Part shown: positions 37,938 through 50,602 of the stretch, in pieces
How the letters are laid out: every line of letters begins with the position of its first letter
Position numbering within the stretch: position 1 is the stretch's first letter
Source of the DNA: Eledone cirrhosa
Lineage: Eukaryota
Reading direction: 5' to 3'
DNA length: 64,000 nucleotides
NCBI GenBank assembly: GCA_964016885.1
Contig: OZ024740.1
Span: 298,282,001 to 298,346,000, forward strand
The notes under the pieces: model-generated
Seen by the model: only the letters and a program-made list of their open reading frames with translations
Databases searched by the model: none
What the model was told of the DNA's origin: nothing
Translations under genes and position numbers: made by a program

Positions 37938-38726
37938 TCCCGCAGATCTGAATTACAAAAATCGTTTTATCCACAGAAATGTTTTCCTTTCCATTGATTC
38001 ATTTCATATTTAGTGGTGTTTCAAGAAATAATTACGACATCTCTAGGGGAGCTGTGCCTCAGACACCGAGGTTGTTGTCATTGTTGGCTGTTCACCTTAC
38101 CAATGTATCAGGTGATACCCACGGGGAGGCTTGGTTATTCCAACATCTTAAGCTCACTGTCAACCATGGTAAACCTGCAGGTGTGTTGGTTTGCCTAAAA
38201 CTACATTAGAGAGAAATTCCAGCGCCCCGTGTCATTGCGTGAGTGGGTGTGGGATCCTCACCCACTCTTCTTCTTCTCCTCCTCCTCTTCTTTGTGGAAC
38301 CTCTTAAGACCAGAGACCTCTATTTCGTACAGCCCCAAGTCCTGTCATATACCCGCTCCCCTATCAAACTATGTTTTCCAGGTCTGACATATTATATAGT
38401 AAATGTTAAATAACACAATCAATATTTTGCGATGTTTTTATCCTTTAAGTGATATCAGGTTTATTGGTAAATTGAATAAGAATATCTTCGATTACTGAAA
38501 ATACCAATTACAATCAATTTTTAAACAAATGTATTTTTCTTTCCAGTCCACATAGAAATGTAGTTTAATTTTTGTAATTTACATTAAAAATACGACCACT
38601 TTATAAGTAGAACACGATTTTATAAATTTGACACATGGAAGAAACCAATGAAACAAAACATAATTGAAACTACATTCGTAACCTTTCGAAAATAAAGAAG
38701 ACAAAAAACACAACCAAAGTTTTAAA

Positions 38727-38827
38727 TGCTACAGGTGAGGATCGAAATCACAACCTCCGCATTTTGAATGTTATACGCCAATCGCTGTCTATAAGTACAG
38801 CGTGCTAACCAATTGCACCGCAGGGAC
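38727..38827 (-). pseudogene. tRNA-Ile(UAU) array copy 5, degenerate
   Basis: Same layout, but with multiple substitutions in the acceptor stem, A-box, anticodon stem and B-box (GATTTCGA). Confidence 0.8.
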
Positions 38828-39150
38828 TCCCGATATCTGAATTACAAAAAACCTTTTATGCACAGAAATCCAAAGACTTGTGACAGCCTCCTTCATCTTC
38901 TCCATATCGTCAAAATGGATACCCCCTGAAGTTTCGGGAACATCAAGAAGTCGCATGTGGTTAAGTCTGCACTGTATGTAGCCTTCCAGAAGTGGCTGGA
39001 GTGCTACAACAAATGCATTGAAGTTGGGGAGACTAGGGTTTTGTCTTGATCTGAGTTAAATAAATGTCTCTCTGATAAAAGTCTGAAAACCTCTTGAGTT
39101 CGAAACCTTTCGAAAATTAAAAAAATTAAAAAAGAAAGAAAATCATTGCC

Positions 39151-39251
39151 TGCCCCAGGTGAGGATCGAACTCACAACCTCCGCATTCCTAATGTTATGC
39201 GCCAATCGCTGTCTATAAGTACGGCGCGCTAACCGATTACGCCACTGGGGC
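39151..39251 (-). tRNA. tRNA-Ile(UAU) with intron, array copy 6
   Basis: Intact. One D-stem C:G changed to U:G. Confidence 0.88.
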
Positions 39252-40212
39252 TCCCGCAGATCTGAATTACAAAAATCGTTTTATCCACAGAAATGTTTTC
39301 CTTTCCATTGATTCATTTCATATTTAGTGGTGTTTCAAGAAATAATTACGACATCTCTAGGGGAGCTGTGCCTCAGACACCGAGGTTGTTGTCATTGTTG
39401 GCTGGTCACCTTACCAATGTATCAGGTGATACCCACGGGGAAGCTTGGTTATTCCAACATCTTAAGCTCACTGTCAACCATGGTAAACCTGCAGGTGTGT
39501 TGGTTTGCCTAAAACTACATTAGAGAGAAATTCCAGCGCCCCGTGTCATTGCGTGAGTGGGTGTGGGATCCTCACCCACTCTTCTTCTTCTCCTCCTCCT
39601 CTTCTTTGTGGAACCTCTTAAGACCAGAGACCTCTATTTCGTACAGCCCCCAGTCCTGTCATATACCTGCTCCCCTATCAAACTGTGTTTTCCAGGTCTG
39701 ACATATTATATAGTAAATGTTAAATAACACAATCAATATTTTGCGATGTTTTTATCCTTTAAGTGATATCAGGTTTATTGGTAAATTGAATAAGAATATC
39801 TTCGATTACTGAAAATACCAATTACAATCAATTTTGAAACAAATATATATTCTTTGCAGTCCACATAAAAATGTAGTTTTTGTAATTTACATTAAAAATA
39901 CGACCAGTGAGATTTCACTGTATAAAATAGAACATATTTTATAGATTTGACACATGGATGTATCCGGTGAAGAAACACAGAATTGAAACAACTCTTCAAG
40001 TCTAGTCAGTGGCACAGGTCAATTTTCCCTGCCAGCGATCCATCCTGGTGACCAACTATTTGGCTAATATGAGGCATCAAGACTTTCCCCTCATCCCCCC
40101 TGCAGTGTAGACCTAGCCACATGCGACACCTACGCATTCATGAGTGAGTGTGAGGTCCTCTCCCATTTTTATTTCATCTTCTTTTGAAACTAAAGAAAAA
40201 ATAATCTTTGGC

Positions 40213-40313
40213 TGCCCTAGGTGAGGATCGAACTCACAACCTCCGCATTTCTAATGCTGTGCGCCAAACGCTGTCTATAAGTACGGTGCGCTAACCGATT
40301 GCGCCACTGGGGC
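40213..40313 (-). tRNA. tRNA-Ile(UAU) with intron, array copy 7
   Basis: Cloverleaf with one C:A mismatch in the acceptor stem (CTAGGGC). Confidence 0.75.
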
Positions 40314-41179
40314 TCTCGTTTTATCTACAGAAATGTTTTCCTTTCCATTGATTCATTTCATATTTAGTGATGTTTCAAAAAACAATTACATCTCTGGAGG
40401 AGCTGCGCCGCAGAGACCGAGCTTGTTATCATTGTTAGCTGTTCACCTTGGTGTGCCTAAAAAAAAACATTAGAAAAAATTCCAGCGCCCCGTGTCATGG
40501 CGTTAGTGAGTGTGGTGTCTTCAGATATGCCTTCTATAGGGTCTTATCAGAAGGAACCGTCTCCAAGTAATCTAGTGAGATTCTCAAGCGAGACTAACTG
40601 AGCTCATAGATGTTATCCAACCATCTTGCTCGTTGTCTTCACCTCAGTCCTGGCGGTTCGCTTTATCCGTAAAACCTGTTCAGCAATATCTCCCGATTCA
40701 TTCTAACCACATGACTGTAGTACCTGAACTGTGATCTCTCGATATGGAGAAATAAGGGCTCTATCTGGAACGACGGTCTGATCTCCGAGCTACGCACCCT
40801 ATCGAGTAATGTTACTCCAAGAACCCTTCTTCTTCAACTTTTAGGTATGCTGATAACTACGGTATGTTAACCCGAGGGAAAATGACAATGTCAATGGCTT
40901 TTGATCCTCCTCCTAGTCAGATGAGATACTCCTGGCTTTCGAATAAACTCCATCACCCCTATTAGTATTTTAGATTCCCCCTACCCCCACCCACCCACCG
41001 CTTATTAAATTTTGCTCATCTATCTCCGGCGAAATTTTATTTTAAGTGGTAGCATTTCTGCGATTATTGATTTTCTTTTTGGCACTGAAAAACATTATAT
41101 ATGACAAAAAAGTACAATACTAGAATTCCCATATGTTATAAAATGAATAGGATTTTCCTCTTTGAATGAAACCTGAAAA

Positions 41180-41600
41180 AGTTACTCAAGTCTTCGCAGA
41201 AGGAGTGCTTCTCTTCAACCCTTTCAGACGTTTCCACCACACATCTTCTTCACCATGGCCACAGGGCAGATAAAAACTGCCCGCCCAAAGGAAGGTGGCG
41301 GAGAAATCTTCATGATGGACTCAGCTGATAGTCGTATCCGTCCTAAACGTGACAGCAAGTGTTCGACATAAACCCATAAGTCAGCAATGCTCGAACACTT
41401 GACGAGTGCGTGCAGGACTGTTTCGTCACCCTGCGCGCATCTCGGACAGACCTGGCTGACGACCCTTCCATGCCTGTACAGTTTATCTCGAACTGGTAAT
41501 GCTCCCCGGTAGCACTGCCAGGTCAGGGATTTCTGGAAGTTATCCATGGTCCCTGTACCGAAAGTTCTGCTGAAAAGACACCTAGTGTCTTCCTAAAAAC
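41180..41600 (-). mobile_element. Tx1/L1-type LINE C-terminal zinc-finger (zf-RVT) relic
   Basis: SLTWQCYRGALPVRDKL...CPRC...ETVLHAL..C..I..LW motif. Confidence 0.8.
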
Positions 41601-43536
41601 GTCGTCACCAAGGTGGAGCCTCCAATAATCGTACTGACCGATTGGCTGAGGGCTGTGAGCGCTTGAAGATATTTGTCTCAAAGTACTTCCACTCGTTCTT
41701 CGCTTGACCCAGGACTGCAGCTCCGTCAAGGAGACGAGCTGGAGAAAACATGTCTATCGAACGGCGACCACACTTGTTCACCGGAAGAGTTGGAGATGTC
41801 GTAACCTCAGTGCATGTTTGTGCATCATCAACCACGGCATGCCAAGTCTTCTGTATAGATATCTTAATACACATATTTACAACACTAAAACAGCAAATAA
41901 AACGAAAGAAACATCAACATTTCTTTAATGAATTATTTGAAGTTCATAAACCGAAATTATGGTGACTGGTAAACTAAAAGTGCAGCGGTGAATTGGCAGA
42001 GTCGTTAGAATATCGAATAGAATGATTTGCAGTATTCGTTCCGACTCTCTGTTCTCTAAATTCAAATCCCGCCGGGGTTACTTTACCTTTCATCCTTTTG
42101 AGGTTGATAAAAAAAAGTACCAGTCACGTACTGGGGTAGATTCCTCCTCTGTATGTCTGTCTCACTCCTTTCTCTGGAAGAAATCTGCTGTAGTCAGACC
42201 TGGAGAGGAGATGGGCTCCGCCAGGTTTAAACATGCCATAGAAACTCCATATATCAATATGGCGCCCATGTGACTCCTTCAGGAGTTATGGCTCCATACA
42301 TACAAACTAAAAGTAATTTTTTGTAGATTCGAATTGGAATCAAATTTAAAAGAAGATATTTTATTCCAGTTCGAATTTCAAGCATATTTTTAATATTTGA
42401 ATTTAAGTTTTAGTTTCAATAAATAGAAAATGCAGAAAAAAAACTTGGCTTTACATACTTTCGGGTCCCAAATAATGGAGGGGTGGGAATAAGCGGAGGT
42501 GGGTGCTTGGAAAACCGATCATTTTTCTATGTCTCTGTTGATTTTTTAAAAACCGGAATTAGTCGTTTAGTTTACATATTAATATCCCAACCCATCCTAT
42601 TTATTTTCTAATGTATGGGATTTCTAGTAATGTACTTTTTGCCATGTATAATGTTTTTTAATGTCTAAAGAAAATTAATTATTGCAGGAATGCTACCAAT
42701 TAAAATAAAATTTCTCCGGAGAAAGATTAGCAAAATTTAATAAGCGGGATGTGTTTGTGCTGAATAAGAGCGAGGCGGGGTTGGAAAAATCTGAAAAATT
42801 AATAAGCATGTGGGGGAAGTTTCAAAATGTGAGTCGTGAACTCATCAGCGGTCTGGAAAATCTCTGTTTATTAACCTTAACTATATTGACACACGTCAGC
42901 GAATTGGCAGAGTCGTTAGAACGTTGTATAGAATGCTTTGTGGTATTCGGTCCGGCTTCAAATCCCGCCGAGGTCAACTATGCCTTTCATCCTTTCTGGG
43001 TCGATAAAAAAAAAACTCCAGTCTACGACGACTCCATCAGGAGTTATTGAAACCACACCATACATATGTGTTGCTTATATTAACACACAAACACACACAC
43101 AACCACCACTACCATTAGTCTTTTGTAGTCATGTTGAATGTAATGGCAGTGAGAGTAGAGCGCCGGGTTAAATAACTATCGGTATTTCCTCTAAGTAATA
43201 AGTGGAAATTGTAACATTTCCTGATCATTACTAATGTAACTTTTTGTACTTGTTACAGCTGTTGCTATTGTTTTGAGAAATTATATTTAAAATCATTATT
43301 GTATTGTATTATCATTTTCATTATTATTATTTTTTTTTAGATTGAATTACTGCTCCCCACAGCTGTTAATGGCACTATATTGTTTTTATCAGCGGTAGAC
43401 TTGATTTCTTCATGTCATAACTGGTACTGCTATCATCGCAAACGTCGTAACTTCAGTAATGATTCTTATACCAGACGGACTATAGAAAAGACATTGTGAA
43501 TAAGAAGCGTCAGCCGATTCACCAAAACGAAAAGAG

Positions 43537-44691
43537 ATGTGGTCATCAAAAGATGAAGATACTCCATTAGATAGCTTGAATACAGTAATGATTCTAGCGC
43601 AGAAGCTAAAACTAAACAAACCTGAAACTACAACTGCAAATTCATACGACAGTTTTTGTTGTGGCGACATCAAACAGACTAGTAGTCCACGGGATGATAA
43701 AAACAGTTCGCAGAACAGTAAACAGTCCGCCTGGAAGTTCAATGGATATAAAGCCAAAACAGAGACTTTTGGACAAGTCGATGGAAATGGAGTTTCTTGT
43801 GGGGATATAGGAATGATTAATAGAGGGCTGAGTCCAATATTGAAGGCAAGAAACCAATCTAAGCAGCAGCGATACCCGTTAAAAACTCAAACAGCAGTTG
43901 ATATTGATTCTGATATCGATGAGACTGCAAGTTCGATCGACAGTGATTACTCAGATATTTACACAAGTGACGATTGTTGTAAAGAACTTCCTTCTGGTTA
44001 CAATTCTAGTAATGTTGATAATGTGACTGTAGATAAAAGTACCGAAGTTTATGCTGGAAAACCTGTATATACTTCGGTAGAACAAGATGTCAATAAAAAT
44101 GTTGATATGTACACGAAGAAAAACACTAAGACCTCTGTGGTAAAAGATAAACAGATGTGTGTAGAAAGAGACACCTCAAGCGAACAAGTCTCTTCGGATA
44201 ATTCCCAAATGTTTACTTTACAAACAAGCAGGAAACCAATTCATTCTATTGTAAAAAACAAAGTAGTTTCCTTTTCAAATAAGGATACAACTAGACAACT
44301 GTCTACTTCAAAAGAAAATGTTCCATTTTTACAACCATGCTCTCCTCAGCAGACAAATCAAGTTGATCGACGTGATTTAGACTCAGACGAGTCATCTGGA
44401 ATGAAACCAAATCCAATTTGCAGACTATATCAATTAGCTTTAAATAAGAACAAACTTAACTATAAAGATATAAATGTAAATGGATCTTTTGAAAGTGAGC
44501 GTTCTTCAGTGGATACGACAGAAAGCAATAAACAAACTTTGTCTGTCAACAAATGTAAAGTTTTTATAAGAGACAACTACTTTAATGAGGCCATCGGAAC
44601 TTTACGAAAAAGCGGCGACACAGATGGACAACATTCTGAAAATAATGCACATGACTTTGGCCAAAAGCTTAATATTTTACAAGGAGAACTG
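43537..44691 (+). CDS. FAM167A: FAM167A-like (DIORA-1 family) protein, large first coding exon (385 aa)
   Basis: Long ORF with N-terminal DSLNTVMILAQKLKL and a terminal FGQKLNILQGEL, the FAM167-type '...LRKEL' exon end, followed by GTAAGT at 44692 (phase 0). An upstream acceptor TTTTTTTTAG at 43340 suggests a 5'UTR part 43341-43536. Confidence 0.85.
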
Positions 44692-45612
44692 GTAAGTTTC
44701 GGCAACATTTTCTTTGGTTCATTTATGTCATTTAGTAAATATTCTGGGAGATCTACATGGGGTGGATGTATAGCGCGAGTTTTTGATGGTCGTGTTGGTG
44801 TGTGATTGTGTTGTGGTGTTGATTCGTTTGTTGCGTGCGTGCTCACTTGTAGCTTGCTGTGTCGTGTGGTCACTGTTGTGTAATACAGTGTGACCAGAGG
44901 TTGCATGTGTGTAGGTAAGTAAGTAAGTGTTCAATAAGATGATGATGATATGATAGTTCCTTGACCACGCAGAAAATGAATATATATAAATGAACCACGA
45001 TGACACCAAACCGCTATAGTATTAATTTATTGAAAATAACTCACGCCGGAGTTATACGAAAAATACAGGGATTGTTTGTTTGTAAAAGTGGAATTAAAGT
45101 TGTATTTACCAAGAAAACTTCATGAACTTCGCTGGGTTGGTTAAGAGAGAGAGATTGAGTGAAAGAGAGAGAGTAAGAGAAAGTAAGAGTCTGTAAGACC
45201 TAAGATGTCTGTAGAAAGCAAATGTTGTACATGTTTACTCTATCAAGAACTCCTTCAAACTGCCCGGCTTGATCTAAGACAGACTATTTATCTCTGTCGC
45301 TTCCTCTGTGCCCAAGCCTTGAGAAAAAAGGGATGACCTTTAGATTTAGAGGTCGTCCACTCTCAGACTTGTTTACGCTCGAAATGAGATAACCCAGAAA
45401 ATGACCGTTAAATGTCACTCAGGGGTCAAGGTTTGGACAGATTTCGCTACAGATGTAGATGTTTTTAAGAAGCATCTTAATATTCTGCTGTCTAAGATCC
45501 CAGATTAGCCCACAGCCCGCCAAAAACAAATGAGAGCAGCAGTGTCGAACTCCCTCATCCATCAATGGCCAACCAATGAAGGACGGCTATAGAAAATGTA
45601 GCAAGCAATAAT

Positions 45613-45801
45613 TGTTTCTACTTTTGGCACAAGGCCAGCAATTACTCAGTACATTACTGGTACTTTATTTTATCGACCCCGTAAGGATGAAAGGCAAAAT
45701 TAACCTCGGCAGGATTTGAACTCAGAATGGCAAGGGCCGTAACTCTATGCGTCAAAGCATAGCGTCAGACCCTCTAACAACACTGCCAATCCACCGCCTT
45801 T
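45613..45801 (-). mobile_element. Full-length tRNA-derived SINE of the dominant family (more than 20 copies or fragments in the window, e.g. 8930-9082, 30850-31065, 47860-48080, 48395-48585, 55030-55220, 60165-60600, 61925-62130)
   Basis: A/B-box head (GAGTTCAAATCC), core GCCTTTCATCCTT.CGGGGTCGATAAA resembling the Deu/Nin SINE domain, and a 12-bp TSD GCAAGCAATAAT (45601-45612, 45802-45813). Confidence 0.85.
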
Positions 45802-48800
45802 GCAAGCAATAATGGTGCTCAATATAGCCCCAGTCCATTGGCTGGAACTGGTAAAAGAGTAATGAAAGCTGTCAACCTCACTATTTTGATATATTTTGTC
45901 ATGTCGATATGTTTTGATGTAATTGTGTTTGTAAAGAGACGCGTAGCACTGATATTGATATTATTACATCCGTCCCGTAAATCGACCCACTCAGGCTGCT
46001 TCTCGGTGTGTTGGTCATTGAAGACCTGAACGATGTAGCACTAGGTAACCCAATTGAGAAAAACTGTCGTTGACCTTAGCAGCGCTACTCTAGCCCTACT
46101 GCTCCTCATCCTCATAGTTAAGATTAACTCATCCATGACAGGTGATAAATGTAAATTACAATGAAATTCTGTTGACGCTGTACGCAGCATTCATTTTGTT
46201 CTCATTGGAGTGCAACTGACTCCAAGGGACGATACCCACATTCTTGGTCCGCCAATTCTCCCGAAAGCCCTCCAAAAGTGCCTAGAGATCAAACGTGATG
46301 AACTGACGAGGATGATCGATAGAGTACACCCGAGATATTTTCATCAGAAACATTTTCTGATAAAGTGCTGTATTATTTCCTCGCCAATTAGGGCATAGAT
46401 CTCAGAGAGATGCATTACTGAACATTGAAAGATCACAGTTATATACAGATTTCTATAGTTAATTTTAATATATAATAATTTCCTTCGATCGATAAATAAA
46501 TCACTAAACATGTTTGCAACGCCACAGTGTTATGGAAATATTAAAAGCAATGGAGAGATTATATGATATTATTAGCTATCACTTGATTTGGCGCGGGTGG
46601 ATGTATACTGTGTCGTAGAAAATGCTGGCTAAGTTGTTTTCTTAATGCGGTTAGAGTAAGACGTTTCAAAAACAAGGTTTGTCAACTTGTGGAACTGTAA
46701 GTTCAAAATTATTTTATTTAACAGGAAGAATGGGGTGCATTGTAGGGCTAGCCTAGAACTCTAAATATCAAGGCACCGGTCCTGATCCTCCCTAAACTCC
46801 TCTTTTCGTTACGCAGCGCAACATACTATCCAACACAGGACATCTCGTAACATTTAACGCCTCCACTCGTCTATGCGCTGAATTTACCTTCAACGACACA
46901 GGCTAGCAACAAACGAAACTCCTCGTGAGTTTTAGCGGCCTCAGCCTCTGCTCAACTTCCGACTTGGCATTGACGGCCTATCTTACCTCGAACGCAGAGG
47001 CATAACTCGGGAAAATAGCGCAAGCAGTGAAATTGCGCCCCTGCCCAGCACTGTATTTTTCCATATGGGCCTAATAATTTATATAAATGCTTTAATGATC
47101 CAGCCACCATAGTGCTCTTACCCATGATAATATAAAGACAGATCATACATCTGAAGGAGTTTCTTTTTTCACTCTTTTCCCGATGAGGCTTATTTTACTT
47201 TAATAGAACGTGCTCCTAGTCCAAGTGGGCCCCCTTCATGTGACGCCCATGGCACGTGCCATTCTAACCATACCCTAGTTACGCCTCTGCTCCAACGTGT
47301 CCAGCCGTATCTCCCTCGCCATTCTTCGGGACAACGTTTTCTCTATTCTGTCCGCAGGCATTACGAGGCGGCCTGCACCTGGGCTCCAACACGCTAGACC
47401 ACACCCCTCTACACAGTTCAGTATTCTCATTATTACAACAATAAAAAAAAATTTTTTTTAAAATTATTTTTCTCCATCAACAAGGCTTGACATAGCAATT
47501 GACTGTCATTTCTAGCATTTTTATCATCGTTAAAACCCAAATCAGTGATTCGAAACTGGGTGAGGAAATTCACTTTTATCTTACATAATTTTGAAGATAC
47601 TTTAATATGAACGAAAGGTAGAAAGAGGAGCCTGTTCGAAAAATATATTGCAGTCTCCATTTCATGCCTTAAAAACTGGCGATTGGCTTTCAACCTGTCC
47701 TGGAAGGTGTGGAATCTACGTACAAAGATTGCGTATCCCTGTAATATGGGAACTTATAATTTGGAGCACTAGACATTTTGGTGCTGCGATTGAGGACCAG
47801 TTTTAAGTCTCACTGTGGGCGTGCAATAATTTTTCTTGAAAAACTATATTGATGTTATAATAATGGTTTCTACATTTGGCACAAAGCCAGCAATTTGAAG
47901 GGAAGAGGAAAGTTGATTAAACCGAACTCAGCGTGTTACTGGTACTTTATTTTATCGACCTTGTAAGAATGAAAGGCAAAGTTAACCTCGGCAAGATTTG
48001 CACTCAGAACATAAATTGACGTAACTATATGCCACAAAAATTGTTGTCCAACGCGCTACCGATATTGCCAATCCACCACCCTATTATTGCTATTATGATA
48101 ATACTAGTGGAGACTTTTGGTGACCTTGTCCTAGGGCCACCTCCCTACTCACCACTACCTGCACAGAGTTGGCTACCCGCAGGTGTGAGCCTCAATGGCT
48201 CTTCCAGCGCGTCTTCCCTCACCATCCTCCATGGAAACGCCTTCTCTAGTCTGTTCGCTGGGACCGCGGGGTGGCCAGCGCTTGAGCCACCATTTACTCA
48301 TAATAATGAGAGATGGCGTGAGCGGGAGAGACGAAGGCAATGACAGTGGGAGTTTGGTTCCTTTGTGTTCGGACCTGGTGTGTATGTATATATTTATAAT
48401 TGTTTCTACTTTTGGCACCAGGCCAGCAATTATCCAGTGCATTACTGGTACTTTATTTTATCGACCCCGTAAGGATGAAAGGCAAAGTTAACCTCGGCGG
48501 GATTTGAACTCAGATCATAAAGGGAGGTAACTCTATGCTTCAAAGCATGGCGCCCGACCCTCTACCGATACTGCCAATCCACCGACTAGTGGCCTAGTGG
48601 CCTAGTGCTGTCAATAATTATTTCTACATTCGGTACAAGGCCAGTAAATTGGGCGAGGAAAGTCGATTATATCGACCTCCGTACGTTACTGGTGCTTTAT
48701 TTTATCGATCACGAAAGGATGAAGGGCAAAGTTAACCTGGGCGGGATTCGAAGGCAGAACGTAAAGAGCCGTAAATATATGTCGCAAAGCATAGTTTCCG

Positions 48801-50099
48801 ACGCTCTAACGATACTGCCGATAATGTTGAATATATTTCATTTTTGTGGTCCAGGATTGGTATTCTTTATATACCAGGGTTACTAAATATATGTACAATC
48901 ATACAGACTGGGAAATTTGTGTTTTGATAAATGTATGACTTGCATAAGAGAAACCCTATAGTGTATGTTGATTGCTGACACATGGAAGTGATTAAAGATA
49001 AAAAAATATTTTAATAAAAATTTATTTCTAGGATATAATTATTTAAATATTCAGCAAGTATGTACAAATGAGATACAAGATTAAATAAGTTTGGAGAAAT
49101 AACTATTAACAGGGACGGGTGTGTAGCAGTAATTTGATACTCTCTGCAACTGGGTTTCATTCGGTCTATTAAGAGGCCACCAAAAACTTTACCTCCAAAC
49201 GACACGGCAGAGCTGTTTCTCTTTTGGCACCAGTGGTCTGGAGACTAGCAGACCTGAGGTTAAATGAGATAAGTTTTTCTCTCCGTCATTCCACCTCAGT
49301 TTTTCTGAAGAGAAGGATGACTTCGAGTTGTAGCGAGGATTTCAAGCAGTAGAGATGTACGTTAGGGCCAAACACTCCAGCCCAGTCGACATGATTGGAC
49401 TACTTCGATAAAGATTAGTTCATGCATCTGGTTAGATTACTACTACATTCAAACAAACCAACATAACACACAATTCACTCGATTCTTTGTTGTTTTCCTG
49501 ACTCGTTGACAATAGCTTCGAAGTAAGCTACTTTCTTAATAAAAATTCTTTTACTTGTTCATTCCTCGGCATTTTCTCCACAGCGCTTATATTTGGGACA
49601 CTTTTTACCTTCTTCATAATCACCTAACAACCCAACACCAGTCACTATTACAAACACTGCCACGCTCAAATGAACAACAAACACTGCCACACTCAAATGA
49701 ACAACAAACACAAGCCAATTCATGCCATCGTTACATCCACTTTGCTACACTTCTATTCAGCAACATTCAACTACGTTACAAACAATTTCTACATCTCATT
49801 TCGTTATATTTCTATACGCTACAGATGGTGGATTTAGAACTCAGGACCTTATGATTGAAAACCAAATTCCTATTGTAGCAACATGACTGATATAAGAAAT
49901 GCATTGTGTGTGTATGTATGAATGTCTGTGTGAAATTTTAAACTTACAGACGGAGATATATAAATATACAAACACACATGGCATAGTATAGTGAAATTAT
50001 GTAGCCGTTGTCGTAATTCTTTTTATATTTAACTTTATAAAGATATAGAAAACTTTATAAATTACATTACTGAAAAAAAAAACCATAAAAAAACTGCTT

Positions 50100-50191
50100 C
50101 GCCCACAGAGGGACTTGAACCCGCGACCCTCAGATACCTTCACGCATTTACTCATAAAAGTCTGATGCTCTACCGACTGAGCTATGCGGGC
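50100..50191 (-). tRNA. tRNA-Lys(UUU) with 19-nt intron (50136-50154)
   Basis: GCCCGCA TA GCTC AGTCGGTA GAGC A TCAGA CT TTT A [TGAGTAAATGCGTGAAGGT] A TCTGA GGGTC GCGGG TTCAAGT CCCTC TGTGGGC G. Canonical 37/38 insertion, G73 discriminator, T-run terminator. One T-stem mismatch. Confidence 0.88.
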
Positions 50192-50569
50192 GGCGATAAT
50201 AATTGTTACTTTTTAACCTTAGTCTTTATTATTATTAGAATATTGATAACATGTTTGTCGTAATATGTATTATATATAGCATTATACTTTTGATGACTTT
50301 AACTGTGGAGCGAAATCGAAAACAACGAAAGAATGTTATTGAGGTCATTTAAATTTATGTATTAAAATAAAAATAACATTTAGAAAACATTTGGTTTCCA
50401 CGTGTCGCGCTGGTACTGGCGTCTGTACAATCGACACCATTGATATCTTTATCGTTGTCGTCGTTAGTTGTGTGCGCGCGCGCGCGTGAGCGTTTATTAG
50501 CAGAATCAGTAGAGGGTCGAATAAAGCGTATTGTGGTCATTAATTCCGTAAGATATAGTGTATATCTCC

Positions 50570-50602
<33 letters not shown>

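Noticed and set aside
37979-39523. Duplicated 76-aa ORFs (37979-38209, 39293-39523) as a small gene family
   Set aside because: They are decayed CRE retrotransposon tails (EAWLFQHL.L...G) inside the duplicated tRNA spacer.
35976-40313. Regularly recurring repeat as a possible CRISPR-like array
   Set aside because: The repeats are 101-bp tRNA genes with spacers of about 320-960 bp that are homologous to one another. No cas genes.
44692-44805. C-terminal 37 aa of the 422-aa ORF
   Set aside because: Read-through past the GTAAGT donor. The real C-terminus is the FAM167 exon at 59452.
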